A stretch of 64,000 nucleotides of DNA. Origin: Macrostomum lignano (lineage: Eukaryota). The stretch is taken from contig NIVC01001690.1 in the NCBI GenBank assembly GCA_002269645.1, positions 72,537-136,536 on the forward strand. Reading direction: 5' to 3'. Below, piece by piece: positions 32,759-50,201 of the stretch. The notes under the pieces are model-generated. The model was not told the origin of the DNA and searched no databases. It saw only the letters and a list, made by a program, of their open reading frames with translations. Position 1 is the stretch's first letter; each line of letters opens with the position of its first letter. Made by a program: the position numbers and the translations under genes.

Positions 32759-33686
32759 ATGTCCTGGCACATTACAGTGCAGAATCTTGAAGCCGCCAAG
32801 AGGCAGCAGGACGCATTGGAAGGCTCGCAGGTAGGTGACAGACACCCAAGTGGACACCCCTTGTCTCAAGAATTGGACAACCCCTTGTCTCAAGCAGTGG
32901 ACACCCTTTGTCTCAAGAAATGGACACTTCTTGTCTCAGAAGTGGACACCCCTTGTCTCAAGAAGTGGACACCCCTGTCTCAAGAAGTGGACACCCCTTG
33001 TCTCAAGAAGTGGACACCCCTTGTCTCAAGAAGTGGTGAACATCTCTGTCTAAAAAGGTGAACACGCCTGTCTAAAAAGGTTGGACCCCTCTGTCTAAAA
33101 AAGTGGACACCCTGTTTCGAGCAGTGGACACCCCTGTCTCAAGAAGTGGACACCCCTGTCTCAAGAAGTGGACACCCCTGTCTAAAAAAGTGGACAACCC
33201 TAATCTAAAGCCTCAGTAAACTGTATCCTGGATTCTTAGGAATCTTAGGAAGCAAGTCACAACCGAGAATCCAAGGGCAATCGTGTTAAACCATGTTAAA
33301 CCCTACGGCTCTACCAACTGCTCAACCAGGTGGAGTTCGGCGAGCGCCTGTCAAGATTTGCCGAATTCTGTCGCGAAGACGTCGCCGCCTGGTGCGCCTG
33401 CAGCGGCGAGTCCAACATGATGAAATGGGGCCGCAGGTTCTACCTGTTCAGCCTCTTCTGCCTCATCGTTGGCACCGGGCTGACCTACCCTGGAGTGGTG
33501 CTTCTGCTGAGAAAAACTGACGAATCAGCTGACGAAGGTCGCTTCGCGATGCACCTGTCCAGTGGCCTGCTCAGCATCGGCATCTTCTTGTTGTTTTTGT
33601 CCTGCTTCTCAATGTTCTGCTGCACCTGCCATCTCAACCCGGTACAGGTGTCCAAGAGGAGGCGGTTTCAGGGCAGCTACCTGTGA
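32759..33686 (+). CDS. Small two-transmembrane protein of unknown function, 2 exons, 142 aa
   Basis: join(32759..32830,33330..33686), CAG|gtaggt and ccag|GTG, phase 0; hydrophobic segments FYLFSLFCLIVGTGLTYPGVVLLL and LSSGLLSIGIFLLFLSCFSMFCC. Confidence 0.8.
32845..33200 (+). repeat. 22-23-bp minisatellite (CTCAAGAAGTGGACACCCC(T)TGT)
   Basis: Intron of the two-TM gene. Confidence 0.9.
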
Positions 33687-33829
33687 TGCTTTCAACTTTT
33701 ACTGCTGTTGATGTCCAATGGTCCGAGCTGTTCTATTGCTTGTAGCTAAATTATTAAAAATATTTCTTACAACCTAGAGACGTTTCAATAAAACCATAGA
33801 GTCGAACCTAACAGGAGTGAGCTATATAT

Positions 33830-34650
33830 CTTGTCTAACGTGTCTTTGACTGTGTCTAACAGGTCATTAGACTGTGTCTAATTGGTCATTTGACTGTGTC
33901 TAATTGGTCATTTGACTGTGTCTAACTGGTCATTAGACTGTGTCTAATTGGTCATTAGACTGTGTCTAACGTGTCTTTGACTGTGTCTAACAGGTCATTA
34001 GACTGTGTCTAATTGGTCATTTGACTGTGTCTAACAGGTCATTAGACTGTGTCTAACTGGTCATTAGACTGTGTCTAACTGGTCATTAGACTGTGTCTAA
34101 CTGGTCATTAGACTGTGTCTAACTGGTCATTAGACTGTGTCTAACTGGTCATTAGACTGTGTCTAACTGGTCATTAGCCGGTGTCTAACGTGTCTTTGAC
34201 TGTGTATAACAGGTCATTAGACTGTGTCTAACGTGTCTTTGACTGTGTCTAACAGGTCATTAGACTGTGTCTAACAGGTCATTAGACTGTGTCTAATTGG
34301 TCATTAGACTGTGTCTAATTGGTCATTTTACTGTGTCTAACTGGTCATTAGACTGTGTCTAACTGGTCATTAGCCGGTGTCTAACTGGTCATTAGACTGT
34401 CTAATTGGTCATTAGACTGTGTCTAAAAGGTCCTAGACTGTATCTAACAGGTCTTCGACTGTGTCTAACAGGTCTTAGACTGTGTCTAACGGGTCCTAAA
34501 CCGTGTCTAACAGGTCCTAGACTGTCTCTAACAGGTCATTAGACTATGCCAACGGTCCTAGACTGTGTCTAAAAGGTTATACCCTGTGTCTGGTCATACA
34601 GTGTCTAACAGGTCATCGACTTAGTCTAACAGGACAAAATGTATCTAACA
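33830..34650 (+). repeat. 22-bp minisatellite (TGTGTCTAACTGGTCATTAGAC)
   Basis: Period 22 measured. Confidence 0.9.
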
Positions 34651-34884
34651 GGTCATAAATGTAGTCGTCTATCAGCTTCTAGCACGTTTGAGCCGGCTAT
34701 ACCTTTAAAAATTGTATTTGAAGATATTTAACGAATTGAATCAAATTTAACGAGAAACAAAAATTCCAACTTTATACAGTTTTATGCAGTTATATTACGC
34801 TTGGAATGTCGAATTGAAAAATCATGACTACTCATATCCTAACCAGCTACTGAAAGTAGTTTTCAGTGTTTTACCTGTCTAATT

Positions 34885-39482
<4,598 letters not shown>

Positions 39483-39761
39483 GGAGTGCACTGTTCGACC
39501 TCAAGCAGCAGCTAGCAGGGGGTCTTTCATCGATATAAATTGCATGAATATAGAGTTAAGGCACTAGTGAATATATTTGTAAATTATGAGTAGTGAAATC
39601 AGTTTTTTCCTTGAAATTCTCGGCTCCATTCCAAACGACTCAGGTTAAGGACGATAGAAGAGATCGCCTAGAGATCGAAGACGTGTGCCTATACATGTAG
39701 GTAAGTACTCAATAGATAAGTCTATTTGACAACGAGTATGATCTCAGGTGCTAAAATAATC

Positions 39762-41426
39762 TTACAGCTGTTTGTAATTCCGATTATTCTCCGGTGTCTC
39801 CAGGGCAGTAGCCAGAAACTCTCGGTCAATCAGTGGGTCGTCGAGATCTAAGACGTCCGATTCACAAATGCCGTTGGATAGTAACAGTCGCAGGACTTCT
39901 GGATGCCGGTTTCGGGCTGCATTCTCCACTGGTGAGCTGGCCAAGCGTCTGTCTCGACTGCCGGCTGCAGCACCAAAGTTGAGCAACAGTTTTACAGCGT
40001 CAGCGTGTCCGTTGTGAGCTGCCACCCACAGCGGTGTCTCGCCGAAGTTGCTCGACAAGTTCACATCGGCTCCTTTGAAGTCAAATGTGTGATGCTTTTG
40101 CTTCTAATATTCAAGTCGCTGGAGGGGTTTGGGAACTGCCGTGAGCCCAAGGCGACAGTTGACTTGCAGCCAGACAGGAGGCAAGCAGTCATGCTGCCTC
40201 TTCTATTAGCCTCTGAGCACGTACATGCTCCTACATGATATACAGTACAGTAGTACTGACCTTGTAATCAGATATGTACACACTGTGTCCTGCTTTGAGT
40301 GGTAAGTTCAGATGCGGATGTAAATGCGAATGTGGAGCAAGTGGCGATTTTAGATACGGATGTGAAACCCGTGGTCAGATGCAGATGTGAAACCCCGTGG
40401 GAATTTCAGATGCAGATGTGAAACCCCATGGGGATTTCAGATGCGGATGTGAAACCCGTGGGATTTCAGAAAGAGACGTGAAACCCTATCGGGATTTCAG
40501 ATGAGGATGTGAATGTGGATGTGGAGCAAGTAGTAATTTCCAATGTGGATGTAAATGCGGATGTTAAACCATTGGTGATTTCTGATGCAGATGTGGAACC
40601 ATTGGTGAATTTAGATATGGATATGTGGAGCAAGGGGTGATTTCAGATCCCAACGAAAGATATGGATGTGTATTTAAAAAGGAAAAGCTGGGACAGTAAA
40701 AGTACATATTTAATCGCCTATGTCACCTGCAGCGAGCAGTTGCGCAGAAATTTTCGCGTGCCCCAAACGGCTAGCAGCCCACAGAGCCGACTGTCCCTCG
40801 GAGTTGGTCGTGTCAACTTCTGCGCCGGCGATCAGCAACGTTTGGACAACTCTTGGACAATCCGACTGGCTAGCGATCCACAGCGCGGATTCTCCGCCGC
40901 TGCGCCGGCAGTCGACATTGTCGGCCTGGAGCAGCGAGTCGACAATGTCAGCGTTGCAGTTGCAGGCCGCGATCCACAGTGGGCAAATTCCCACCTGGTT
41001 GAGCAGGTCTTGCCGAGCACCATTCCGCAGAAGCAACTCCACCAGACGGAGATGGTCGTTGCAAGCAGCGATCCACAGGACGCTCTCGCCGCTGCGTCTC
41101 TGACAGTCAACGTCGGTTCCTAAGCCTAGCAACAGCCTGGCAACGCTCAGTTGACCGTTTTGGCCTGCAATCCATAGAGGCGTCTCCCCTCGCTCGTTTC
41201 GACAATCGACGTCTGCGCCGGCTTCGACGAGCGTCCGAGCGACGTCCAATGCGCCCGCGTTGGCAGCCAGCCACAGAGGCGTCTCGCCGCGCTCGTTGCG
41301 ACAGTTTGGCGACTTCGTGGCGGTCACCGACGGGGGATCCGGGATGCGCAGCAGGCGTCGAGTCTCGTTGACGTCTCCGGAAACGGCTGCGTGAAGCAGC
41401 TGACGATCCCAGGATTCAGAGTTCAT
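39762..41426 (-). CDS. Ankyrin-repeat protein (~9 repeats), 2 exons, ~336 aa; possibly the 5' part of the cGLR transcript
   Basis: Exons 40727-41426 and 39762-40072 (G|gtgaca ... aag|GA); repeated GETPLWxAAxNG units. Confidence 0.9.
40310..40650 (+). repeat. Degenerate ~30-bp repeat (CAGATGC[A/G]GATGTGAAACCC)
   Basis: Ankyrin gene intron. Confidence 0.7.
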
Positions 41427-42990
41427 ACGAGATGAATGTCAAGAGAGATTTTTACGGACAAGTAAATTATCAGCCAGAATTTATGATCACTGAGCACATT
41501 TTCAGGAAAAGTTGCGGCCTTTGTACTTGGCTTAGCATATCATCACGACCAAGAATAGAATTGACAAATATCATCACGACCAAAAATAGAATTGACAACA
41601 ATTCTATTTTTGCTCATGATTAATCGGAATGGTAAACAATTTTGCTTTAATTACGTATGTTGGTGTTTTACAACTGCAGTTGAAAATGGTAAGTGAGCAA
41701 TATACTGGTTCAATATATTTATATTTGTACATGTATGTACTTGGCTGGATTGCCACGAAGTACCGTATATAAAACGAACAAATTTATGTTAAAATACCGA
41801 GCATAAATTATACCGAACTTTTATTTCCTACTCTACTGACAATAAAAATGTATACAGAAAATACGCTAAGAAAATAAATTATATATGTATACGTTTCCAA
41901 TACATGTACTGTCTGACAAATTGAATATTTTAATCACCACACAACAAGGAGCAGAGGGCTGAGTGAACCCAGGCGCACTTTAAGCGACATTGTCACGCAT
42001 CCGGCGAGAGGAATTCTGTTTATTACGTCGACTACTCTGAGCAGGCACATATCAAGGAGTCCTTGGCACACATATGCGCAGATAACGTACGAATAGTCAT
42101 GCGCACAAGCGCACACACAGGCACAAACACACAGGAGTGTACGAGCTACAGCGGCCCTAACTTTATCTATCGTTAGGCATGTAGACTTCATTCGGAGCAC
42201 TGTCTTCCTGGGCCCATAGCAGGTGCTGCAAGAGGGCCCTGGAGGCGGTGCCAGCAGGCATGAAGGCGCAGTCTAGACAGACGACGGCAGTAGTGGTGTC
42301 GTCGAGGAAGATAGTGTGCGCGGTGATAATCATTCTCATCATTCTGCTGTGAATATCGTTGTGGTGGATCTTACACGTGTAAGATTGAGCTGGTTGCAGG
42401 TCATTGTACAATTGCTAGTAGGACAAATAATCGAAGACTGAATTAAATGACTAACACTTATCAGAATTTAAAAATAGGGTTGGACGGTCTAGACTTCTTG
42501 GTGCGCACTACAAAGGACAAAAGGGCGTTCTGAATATATTTTTCACAAGCACAAAGGATGAAACGGCCCGATTGGGGGACCATCAAACGCAAAAATACAC
42601 AGACGGGATAGGAAAAAAACAAGTATTGCCAGTTTTTATGCTTGAATCTTACAGAAGGTAACGTCTGCTTTCAATTCTTTTAACGCAAAAGAAGTGTACT
42701 TGGAGGTCCTTCTGGAGTTGATGAGGCCATGTAGATAAGGTGGCAGCAGGAAGACCACATGTTTTTCTGAGTGCGAGCTCTTCCCGTGAGTATGTTATTT
42801 AAACTAATGAATAAATATTACAGAAAATAAAGAAGGTCCTGTAACCAAATAAAAGTAGCTAAAGATAGCAAGCGTGTGCGATAATTTCAATGGTTAATAT
42901 CTCATACTAGACCAATTGCGAGACATTCGAGGCTCTTGGCTCTGGCAATTCCGGTGCTTCAAATTTTGTAGTCCATGTCCATTCAATTAG

Positions 42991-45900
42991 CTAGTGCTTC
43001 TTGAACCAGCGCTGACCTTTCACATCGCCTGACTGCATCGTCTGAAAGTTATTTTGGGGGTCACGCTGCATATTTTTAATGTTGTTTACGTGATTTTTAA
43101 CACTGCCAGCACCTTTAATGCTGAATTGTTTTGACTAATCTCTTATTAGGCATAGCAACTTCAATACTATTCACTGAATATATCGTGAACTTGTGTGCTT
43201 TGTCCCTCTGTTCCCTATCTCCTTCTCTCTCTGCCTCTCCCATCTCTCCCTCTTTCCCCTCTCTCCTCCCTCTTGCCTCTTCTCCCTCTATCACCCCTCC
43301 TTCCCTCTCCTCCCTCAGGCATGCAAGCGCAACCCAAGCAACAGACTCTGAAACTCCTCACCATTAGCTTAGCATTTCCCCATTGTCCAGAATCTCCCTA
43401 ATCTGTTTGGTATCCCCAGACTTGGGGTCGCTGCCAGGCTTGGCGATGTAGATCACTAGCCTGCCGTCCTCCCATTCGGCGATGCAGTCCTGCTCGCTGC
43501 CCTGAGGCGGCTTGAATCGACAGATGGAACCGAGGGTGAGCTCCTGCTCCATGCTGCTAAGCATCACCTTCGTTGCTATGCGAATTCGTTTGTCGTCTAT
43601 GCGTTCGATGGTCATGGTGGGGTTGGCTTTGTCGGACATCTTCTGGGCAAGCCAAGGAGCCTCTGGTGGCGGGTGGAAGGTTAGCTTGGCTGGAATTTTT
43701 TCTGAACCAGGTAGACCTGTTGGACACGATTTTTACATGTAGGTCCTGTTAGACCTGTTAGACACGATTGTTAGGTCCTTTTAGACCTGTTAGACACGAT
43801 GGTTAGGTCCTGTTACACCTGTTAGACGCAATCATTAGGTCCTGTTAGACCTGTTAGACACGATGGTTACATGTAGGTCCTGTTAGACCTGTTAGACACG
43901 ATTGTTAGGTCCTGTTAGACCTGTTAGACACGATGGTTAGGTCCTGTTACACCTGTTAGACGCAATCGTTAGGTCCTGTTAGACCTGTTAGACACAATGG
44001 TTAGGTCCTGTTAGACCTGTTAGACACGATTGTTAGGTCCTGTTAGACCTGTTAGACACGATTGTTAGGTCCTGTTAGACACGATTGTTAGGTCCTGTTA
44101 GACCTGTTAGACGCAATTGTTAGGTCCTGTTAGACCTGTTAGACACGATTGTTAGGTCCTGTTAGACCTGCTAGACACGATGGTTAGGTCCTGTTAGACC
44201 TGTTAGACACGATGGTTAGGTCCTGTTACACCTGTTAGACGCAATCGTTAGGTCCTGTTACACGTATTAGACGCAATTGTTAGTGTAGTGACTGGCTGCT
44301 AACTGGCTATTCAGCAGCATTCACTAGCTTTTCCTAAGGGCGCTGTGATCCCCTGCACAGTGGCTCAGTCCACCTGATCTAGTGAGAGAGATACCCTGTG
44401 CTGGGCCTAAGTGTTTACTGCCCGATGACTCATCGCCTGAGCAGGCGTGGGCAGCCACACTCAATGTCTTCCCACTCGCGCTGCGAGGCACAGCAGGATG
44501 ACTCATCACCTGCGGGGAGTGTAATGGCTGCCTAGAGGGAGTAAACAGGATGACTCATCCGCCCATGTTCTATTTTTAGCACAGAACTAGCAATCTTCGC
44601 CCCCCGTTGTGGGACATCTGGATAGAATCTCTGCTCTCTACAGGTAACAAAAAGACAGCCAGATAAAGCCTTCTCAAAGACAACAGACAAACTGCTCAAA
44701 AAAGTGCAATGCAAAAAGAAATCATCCCAAGACAGCAAGCATCCCACAGATAGCAAGCATCCCCCAGATAGCAAGCATCCCCCCTCCCAGATAGCAAGCA
44801 TCCCCCAGATAGCAAGCATCCCCCAGATAGCAAGCATCCCCAAATAGTAAGCATCCACCAGACAATAAGTAGCTAGTGCAACAATTTCCTTAGCTCTATA
44901 GTGGCTCCTTTAAAATTGGCATGACGCTTACTTTTACGTTTGAAATTGTGTATCTTTTATGTTTGACATGGTGGCTCTTTAATGTTTGATATGGTGGCTC
45001 TTTAATGTTTGACATGGTGGCTCTTTAATGTTTGACATGGTGGCTCTTTAATGTTCGACATGGTGGCTCTGTTATGTTCGACATGGTGGCTCTTTTATGC
45101 TTGACATGGTGGCTCTTTACTGTTTGACATGGAGTCACATATATGTTTGACTTGGTGGCTCTTTTATGTTTAACATGGTGGCTCTTTAATGTTCGACATG
45201 GTGGCTCTTTAATGTTCGACATGGTAGCTCTTTTATGTTCGACATGGTGGCTCTTTTATGCTTGACATGGTGGCTCTTTAATGTTCGACATGGTGGCTCT
45301 TTAATGTTTGACATGGTGGCTCTTTAATGTTCGACATGGTGGCTCTTTTATGTTCGACATGGTGGCTCTTTTATGCTTGACATGGTGGCTCTTTACTGTT
45401 TGACATGGTGGCTTTTTATGTTTGACATGGTGGCTCTTTAATTGTTGACATGGTGGCTTTTTAATGTTCCACATGGTGGCTCTTTAATGTTAGACATGGT
45501 GGCTCCTTAATGTTAGACATGATGGCTCTTTAATGTTCGACATGGAGTCACATATATGTTCGACATGGTGGCTCTTTAATGTTCGACATGGTGTCACATA
45601 TATTTTCGACATGGTGGCTCTGTAATGTTTGACATTGTGCTTTTTTGTGTTTAGCATTTTGTGTTTTTAGGTGTTTTAATAAAAATTCTTTTTGCACTAC
45701 TAAGATTCGAACCCAGGTCGCTGCATTATGAGTCCAGTCTGTTCGCATCAATGCTATCTCTTGTCAATTGGAGAACACGAATTGTGGTTAGTGTAAAAAG
45801 TTATGACATAATCAATTTCTCAGTCAGCCAGTACCAGTGTCAATTTAAGTTAGCAATATTGTTACGCAATTTCAATCAAGTTGTGTGTGCATTTCTTCGG

Positions 45901-47166
45901 CACTGTTTTCAACTTGTTGTGATGCAATCTTTATCAGAATTGAAGTTCAGTCAGTCAGGTTTTTATCTAGCATTCTTACAATGCATTTCAAGTCAAAAAT
46001 TTTGCTTGACCTTTGCAAAAAAGCATGTTTTTCGAATATTTAATCCCTTTAACATTGAGCAATTTCTTAGCCAAGATGCATGTACCGTCCCAGGAAAATT
46101 TCTGATCGAATGGTGCAAGTTTGAAGAAAATCGGTTGAGCCGTTTTTTTCTGAAATCTATCGCATAGCTAGATAGATAGATAGATACAGACAACTCATTT
46201 TTAGTATATAGGAATAAGCACGTGACTGTGCACGCACACTGTGCGTGGCCACTGACCTTGAGTCACGCCACCGCTGCGTGACAGGGTTGCCTTATTTGGA
46301 AGTTGGCCTTGAATCACGCGTCGTTCGCATGATTTCAATGCCCAAATAAGGAAGTTTCACGCGCTCACCGCATGAAACTCACGTGACTTTTGGGGGTCCG
46401 CTCGGCTATAAATACGGAGCATCTGCGAGCCATTTTTCTCCAGACTGCGACGTCTCGTGGAGCAACGTGGAGCCAATCGCGTCGTCCTGCCTGGGTCCGA
46501 CCGGAGCTGCCTCTCTGCCTCCGAGCTCTCCTCTCTCATTTCAGGTTTTTCAGGTTTTCAGGTCCGAGCAGCATTCTACTAAGACGATCGACTGTCGAGA
46601 CATTTTCAGATTTGCCTTTGCTCCGAGCGACTTTGTTATTTTCTTTCAGGTGACGGATAGACAACTCTGCCGACGCGTCGAGTCCGCACACCAAGGTGGC
46701 AGCAACCCTACCAAGTCACGGCTAACGTTTTAGGTTCATTTTCAGGCAAATCGATAGGTAGTACAACGGTGCTATCTAGCTTCTTCAGGAGCAGCGGGTT
46801 CTATTTCTAGGAACATCTTCAAGAACCCAGAAGGAGAAGTAACACATTAGGTCCTGTTAGATCTGTTAGACACGATGGTTAGGTCCTGTTAGACCTGTTA
46901 GACACGATGGTTAGGTCCTGTTACACCTGTTAGACGCAATCGTTGGGTCCTGTTACACGTATTAGACGCAATTGTTAGGTCCTGTTAGATCTGTTAGACA
47001 CGATGGATAAGCCTGACTTGTCTCTTGTTAGACAAGAATGTCAGCAGGTCAGCCAGATTAGGTTCAGAGCAACGTGTGGCGTCTCACCAGCTTTCTCCAT
47101 CACAGCCTTGATATTTTCGCTTCTATAACTCTCCCATTTGCCAAATAAGGCCACGTTTTCAGCCAT
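42991..47166 (-). CDS. Fatty-acid-binding protein (intracellular lipid-binding family), 3 exons, ~143 aa; one -1 frameshift as assembled
   Basis: Exons 47088-47166 (MAENVALFGKWESYRSENIKAVMEKA; GxW and SEN motifs), 43362-43662, 42991-43041 (TMQSGDVKGQRWFKKH*). Confidence 0.85.
43710..44282 (+). repeat. 32-bp minisatellite (TTAGGTCCTGTTAGACCTGTTAGACACGATTG); resumes at 46846-47025
   Basis: Period 32 measured; FABP intron 1. Confidence 0.9.
44725..44860 (+). repeat. 18-19-bp repeat (CAGATAGCAAGCATCCCC)
   Basis: Read directly. Confidence 0.85.
44960..45635 (+). repeat. 23-bp minisatellite (TTTAATGTTCGACATGGTGGCTC)
   Basis: Period 23 measured. Confidence 0.9.
45640..46212 (+). mobile_element. 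Probable non-autonomous Helitron/Helentron-like element end
   Basis: Ends GCAAGTTTGAAGAAAATCGGTTGAGCCGTT...(GATA)n...TTAGTATATAG, resembling DINE-1/Lep1-type termini (recognition from memory). Left boundary uncertain. Confidence 0.45.
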
Positions 47167-47819
47167 GATAATTTTATCTGCGAGTGGTAAGGAGTTGAAA
47201 GTGCTGAGGTCTGTCTCGAGTATGATACTCGCATTACTTTGGTATATTTATACGCTCTTACTGAACCACTTGCTGAGAAATTTTAATTCTTCTGTTCCTT
47301 TGATTCTAGATCGCATAGACAAATTCTCACTGCTTGAGAACTCTTCAATGTTTGGCGTGGTTCTCATGTGAGTACCTACCTATGCGCTCTGCTAATAACT
47401 ACGTGCAGCGCCTTTGGACAGGTTGTCACTCACTGGTAGTTGAATGCAAAAACACATACTCGTACTGGACCTTGAATGCTACTCGCTTAACCCTCTGTCT
47501 GTTTGATATATTTAGACGAATAGAGCAGACTGGTAGCAAGAAATGTGAAAAAGTACATATTGTTGCGTTAATACAGTAGTAGCTCGTATTTTAATTAGTT
47601 CTTCTCTTCTCAGAGGACGATTTGACAGAACATTTTAGGCGACCGACTCTCGGCGCCGCGAAGTTCAGAATCACAGAATTTAATTAAATTTGGTCAGGGC
47701 TTGTTCTGCAATCCTCGCCCAGATAAAAGAACCTACCACGACACAGAGAATTTATATGCCTGGGGATGAGAAAGTCAGGGCCGCTGTACACATGTGTTCG
47801 TTTTTACCAACTTAAATAG

Positions 47820-48840
47820 ATCAACCTTTGTATCAACCTCAACCATTGAATCAACCTCAAACCTTTGAATCAACCTCCAACCTTTGAATCAACCTCCAAC
47901 CTTTGAATCAACCTCCAGCCTTTGAATCAACCTCCAGCCTTTGAATCAACCTCCAACCTTTGAATCAACCTCCAACCTTTAAATCAACCTCCAGCCTTTG
48001 AATCAACCTCCAACCTTTGAATCAACCTCCAACCACTGAATCAGCCTCCAACCTTTGAATCAACCTCCAACCACTGAATCAGCCTCCAACCACTGAATCA
48101 ACCTCCAACCACTGAATCAGCCTCCAACCACTGAATCAGCCTCCAACCACTGAATCAACCTCCAACCTTTGTATCAACCTCCAACCTTTGAATCAACCTC
48201 CAACCTTTGAATCAACCTCCAGCCTTTGAATCAACCTCCAGCCTTTGAATCAACCTCCAACCACTGAATCAGCCTCCAACCACTGAATCAACCTCCAACC
48301 ACTGAATCAGCCTCCAACCACTGAATCAGCCTCCAACCACTGAATCAACCTCCAACCTTTGTATCAACCTCCAACCTTTGAATCAACCTCCAACCTTTGA
48401 ATCAACCTCCAACCTTTGAATCAACCACTAACCAGTGAATCAACCTCCAACCAGTGAATCAATCCCAACCATTGAATCAACCCCCAACCAGTGAATCAAT
48501 CCCAACCATTGAATCAACCTCCAACCAGTGAATCAATCCCAACCTTTGAATCAACCTCCAACCATTGAATCAATCCCAACCTTTGAATCAACCTCCAACC
48601 AGTGAATCAATCCCAACCATTGAATCAACCTCCAACCATTGAATCAACCTCCAACCAGTGAATCAACCTCCCACCTTTGAATGAACCTCCAACCTTTGAA
48701 TCAACCTCCAACCTTTGAATCAACCTCCAACCTTTGAATCAACCTCCAACCACTGAATCAACCTCCAACCTTTGAATCAACCTCCAACCTTTGAATCAAT
48801 CCCAACCTTTGAATCAACCTCCAACGAGTGAATCAACCAC
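47820..48840 (+). repeat. 19-bp minisatellite (TTTGAATCAACCTCCAACC)
   Basis: Period 19 measured. Confidence 0.95.
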
Positions 48841-49189
48841 CAAACGCTCTAGTGGTTCGTACTAGTACTCTAGTTTTCCATGATTCAGTTCCTCTGAGAT
48901 GTTTCAATCGGGTTCAGGACAATTTGAAACTTGTATCTCCAATTTTAAGCTGAGGTAGCTCGGATTGTGGCATTTTCGTATATTTTAATAAGAGTAGAGT
49001 CAGAAATGGTGTGGAGGCTCCAGGTCGAAGCATTTAAAACTATATTTTAGATATCATCACTTCTCCTACAGGTGAGGTAAATGTCTGTAACTACTACTTC
49101 TTAGTAAGTAGCAATTGCAGTTCTAATTGCGTAAGATTTGAGAAACACCTGTTATAGAATGTCTAAATAAAACTAAAGTAGTCCAGAGC

Positions 49190-50122
49190 TCAAATGTGAG
49201 CAACATTCACCAAGTAGTGCTCATAGCAACAGGCCCTTTGATCTCCAGTTATGGATTTGAAGAAAATCGAATAGGGGTTCTCGTGGAACTTCCAAGTACG
49301 GAAGCCAATCTTGAACAGGCCGAGCCACACTCGAACCAGCTTCCCGTAGTCCGGTCGCTGGTACACCAGCTCGTCTGTGTGCGACTCAAACAGCAGCTGA
49401 CGCACCCTGGACAGGCAACCCTCGCGCAGTGCAGCGTCAAAGCTGTCCCATTCCCACAGTTCGATGTCCACTTTAAGTATGTCAATCGGCGAGTTCTCGA
49501 AGCCGAACTGTTTAAATAAGGTACACAACGTTCGCATTGTCCAACCAGTTTTCTTCTGCACGGAGTTGCTGAGTCCAAGGCCGAGTTTGTAGAACCAGGA
49601 TGTTTTCTTGCCCTGATGGTCTTCGACTTTGGTCATGCTCGGATCGAACATGTACACCCGGCAGTGGTAGGCGTCCGCTAGTTCGTCGTCGTACTCGAAG
49701 ACGCCGTTGATGCCGAAGGAGAATGCTACGCAGGGTCGCCCGCTGACCCGTCGAATGTCGAATGGCGCTGTAAAGCAAACGTCCCAGCCTCCGTCGACCT
49801 CCTTACCAATTCGACGCCACTTGAAACACTCGATCTGTCTGTGCTGTATGATGAAGTAATACAGATCCTCCAGCTGCCGTGCGGTCATGTTGTGCATGGA
49901 GCTTTCAATCAGGGATAGAAAGCTGACATCCTTTGATACGATTTTTGACTCACTGATTAGCGGTGCTTGAGAGCTACCCGTTGCGCGACTTACAGACAGA
50001 GTCGAAAAATTCTGGTTTAACATGAGCGCACCGATCAGGATGATTGCTAGGGCCATCAGCCCAATCAGTGAATAGGTAATCTGACGTTTCGATTGCACTA
50101 ATGAAGACAATATAGGACGCAT
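49190..50122 (-). CDS. METTL24-like (Methyltransf_22 family) putative methyltransferase with N-terminal membrane anchor, 310 aa, intronless
   Basis: TM segment ITYSLIGLMALAIILIGALML; motifs DGGWDVC, FSFGI, FDPS, IDILKVDIE.WEW, QLLFESH, CCYE. Confidence 0.85.
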   Translation of the reverse strand: MRPILSSLVQSKRQITYSLIGLMALAIILIGALMLNQNFSTLSVSRATGSSQAPLISESKIVSKDVSFLSLIESSMHNMTARQLEDLYYFIIQHRQIECFKWRRIGKEVDGGWDVCFTAPFDIRRVSGRPCVAFSFGINGVFEYDDELADAYHCRVYMFDPSMTKVEDHQGKKTSWFYKLGLGLSNSVQKKTGWTMRTLCTLFKQFGFENSPIDILKVDIELWEWDSFDAALREGCLSRVRQLLFESHTDELVYQRPDYGKLVRVWLGLFKIGFRTWKFHENPYSIFFKSITGDQRACCYEHYLVNVAHI

Positions 50123-50201
50123 GGCTTTCTAAAAAATTGCGATTTGATTCTCTTATTTAAAATGAAATATTGAAACTTTTGATTTTACTTTTTACACCTT
50201 A

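Noticed and set aside
46220-46843. Possible solo LTR with TATA box
   Set aside because: No clear TG start or TSD; mentioned only within the nested-insertion finding.
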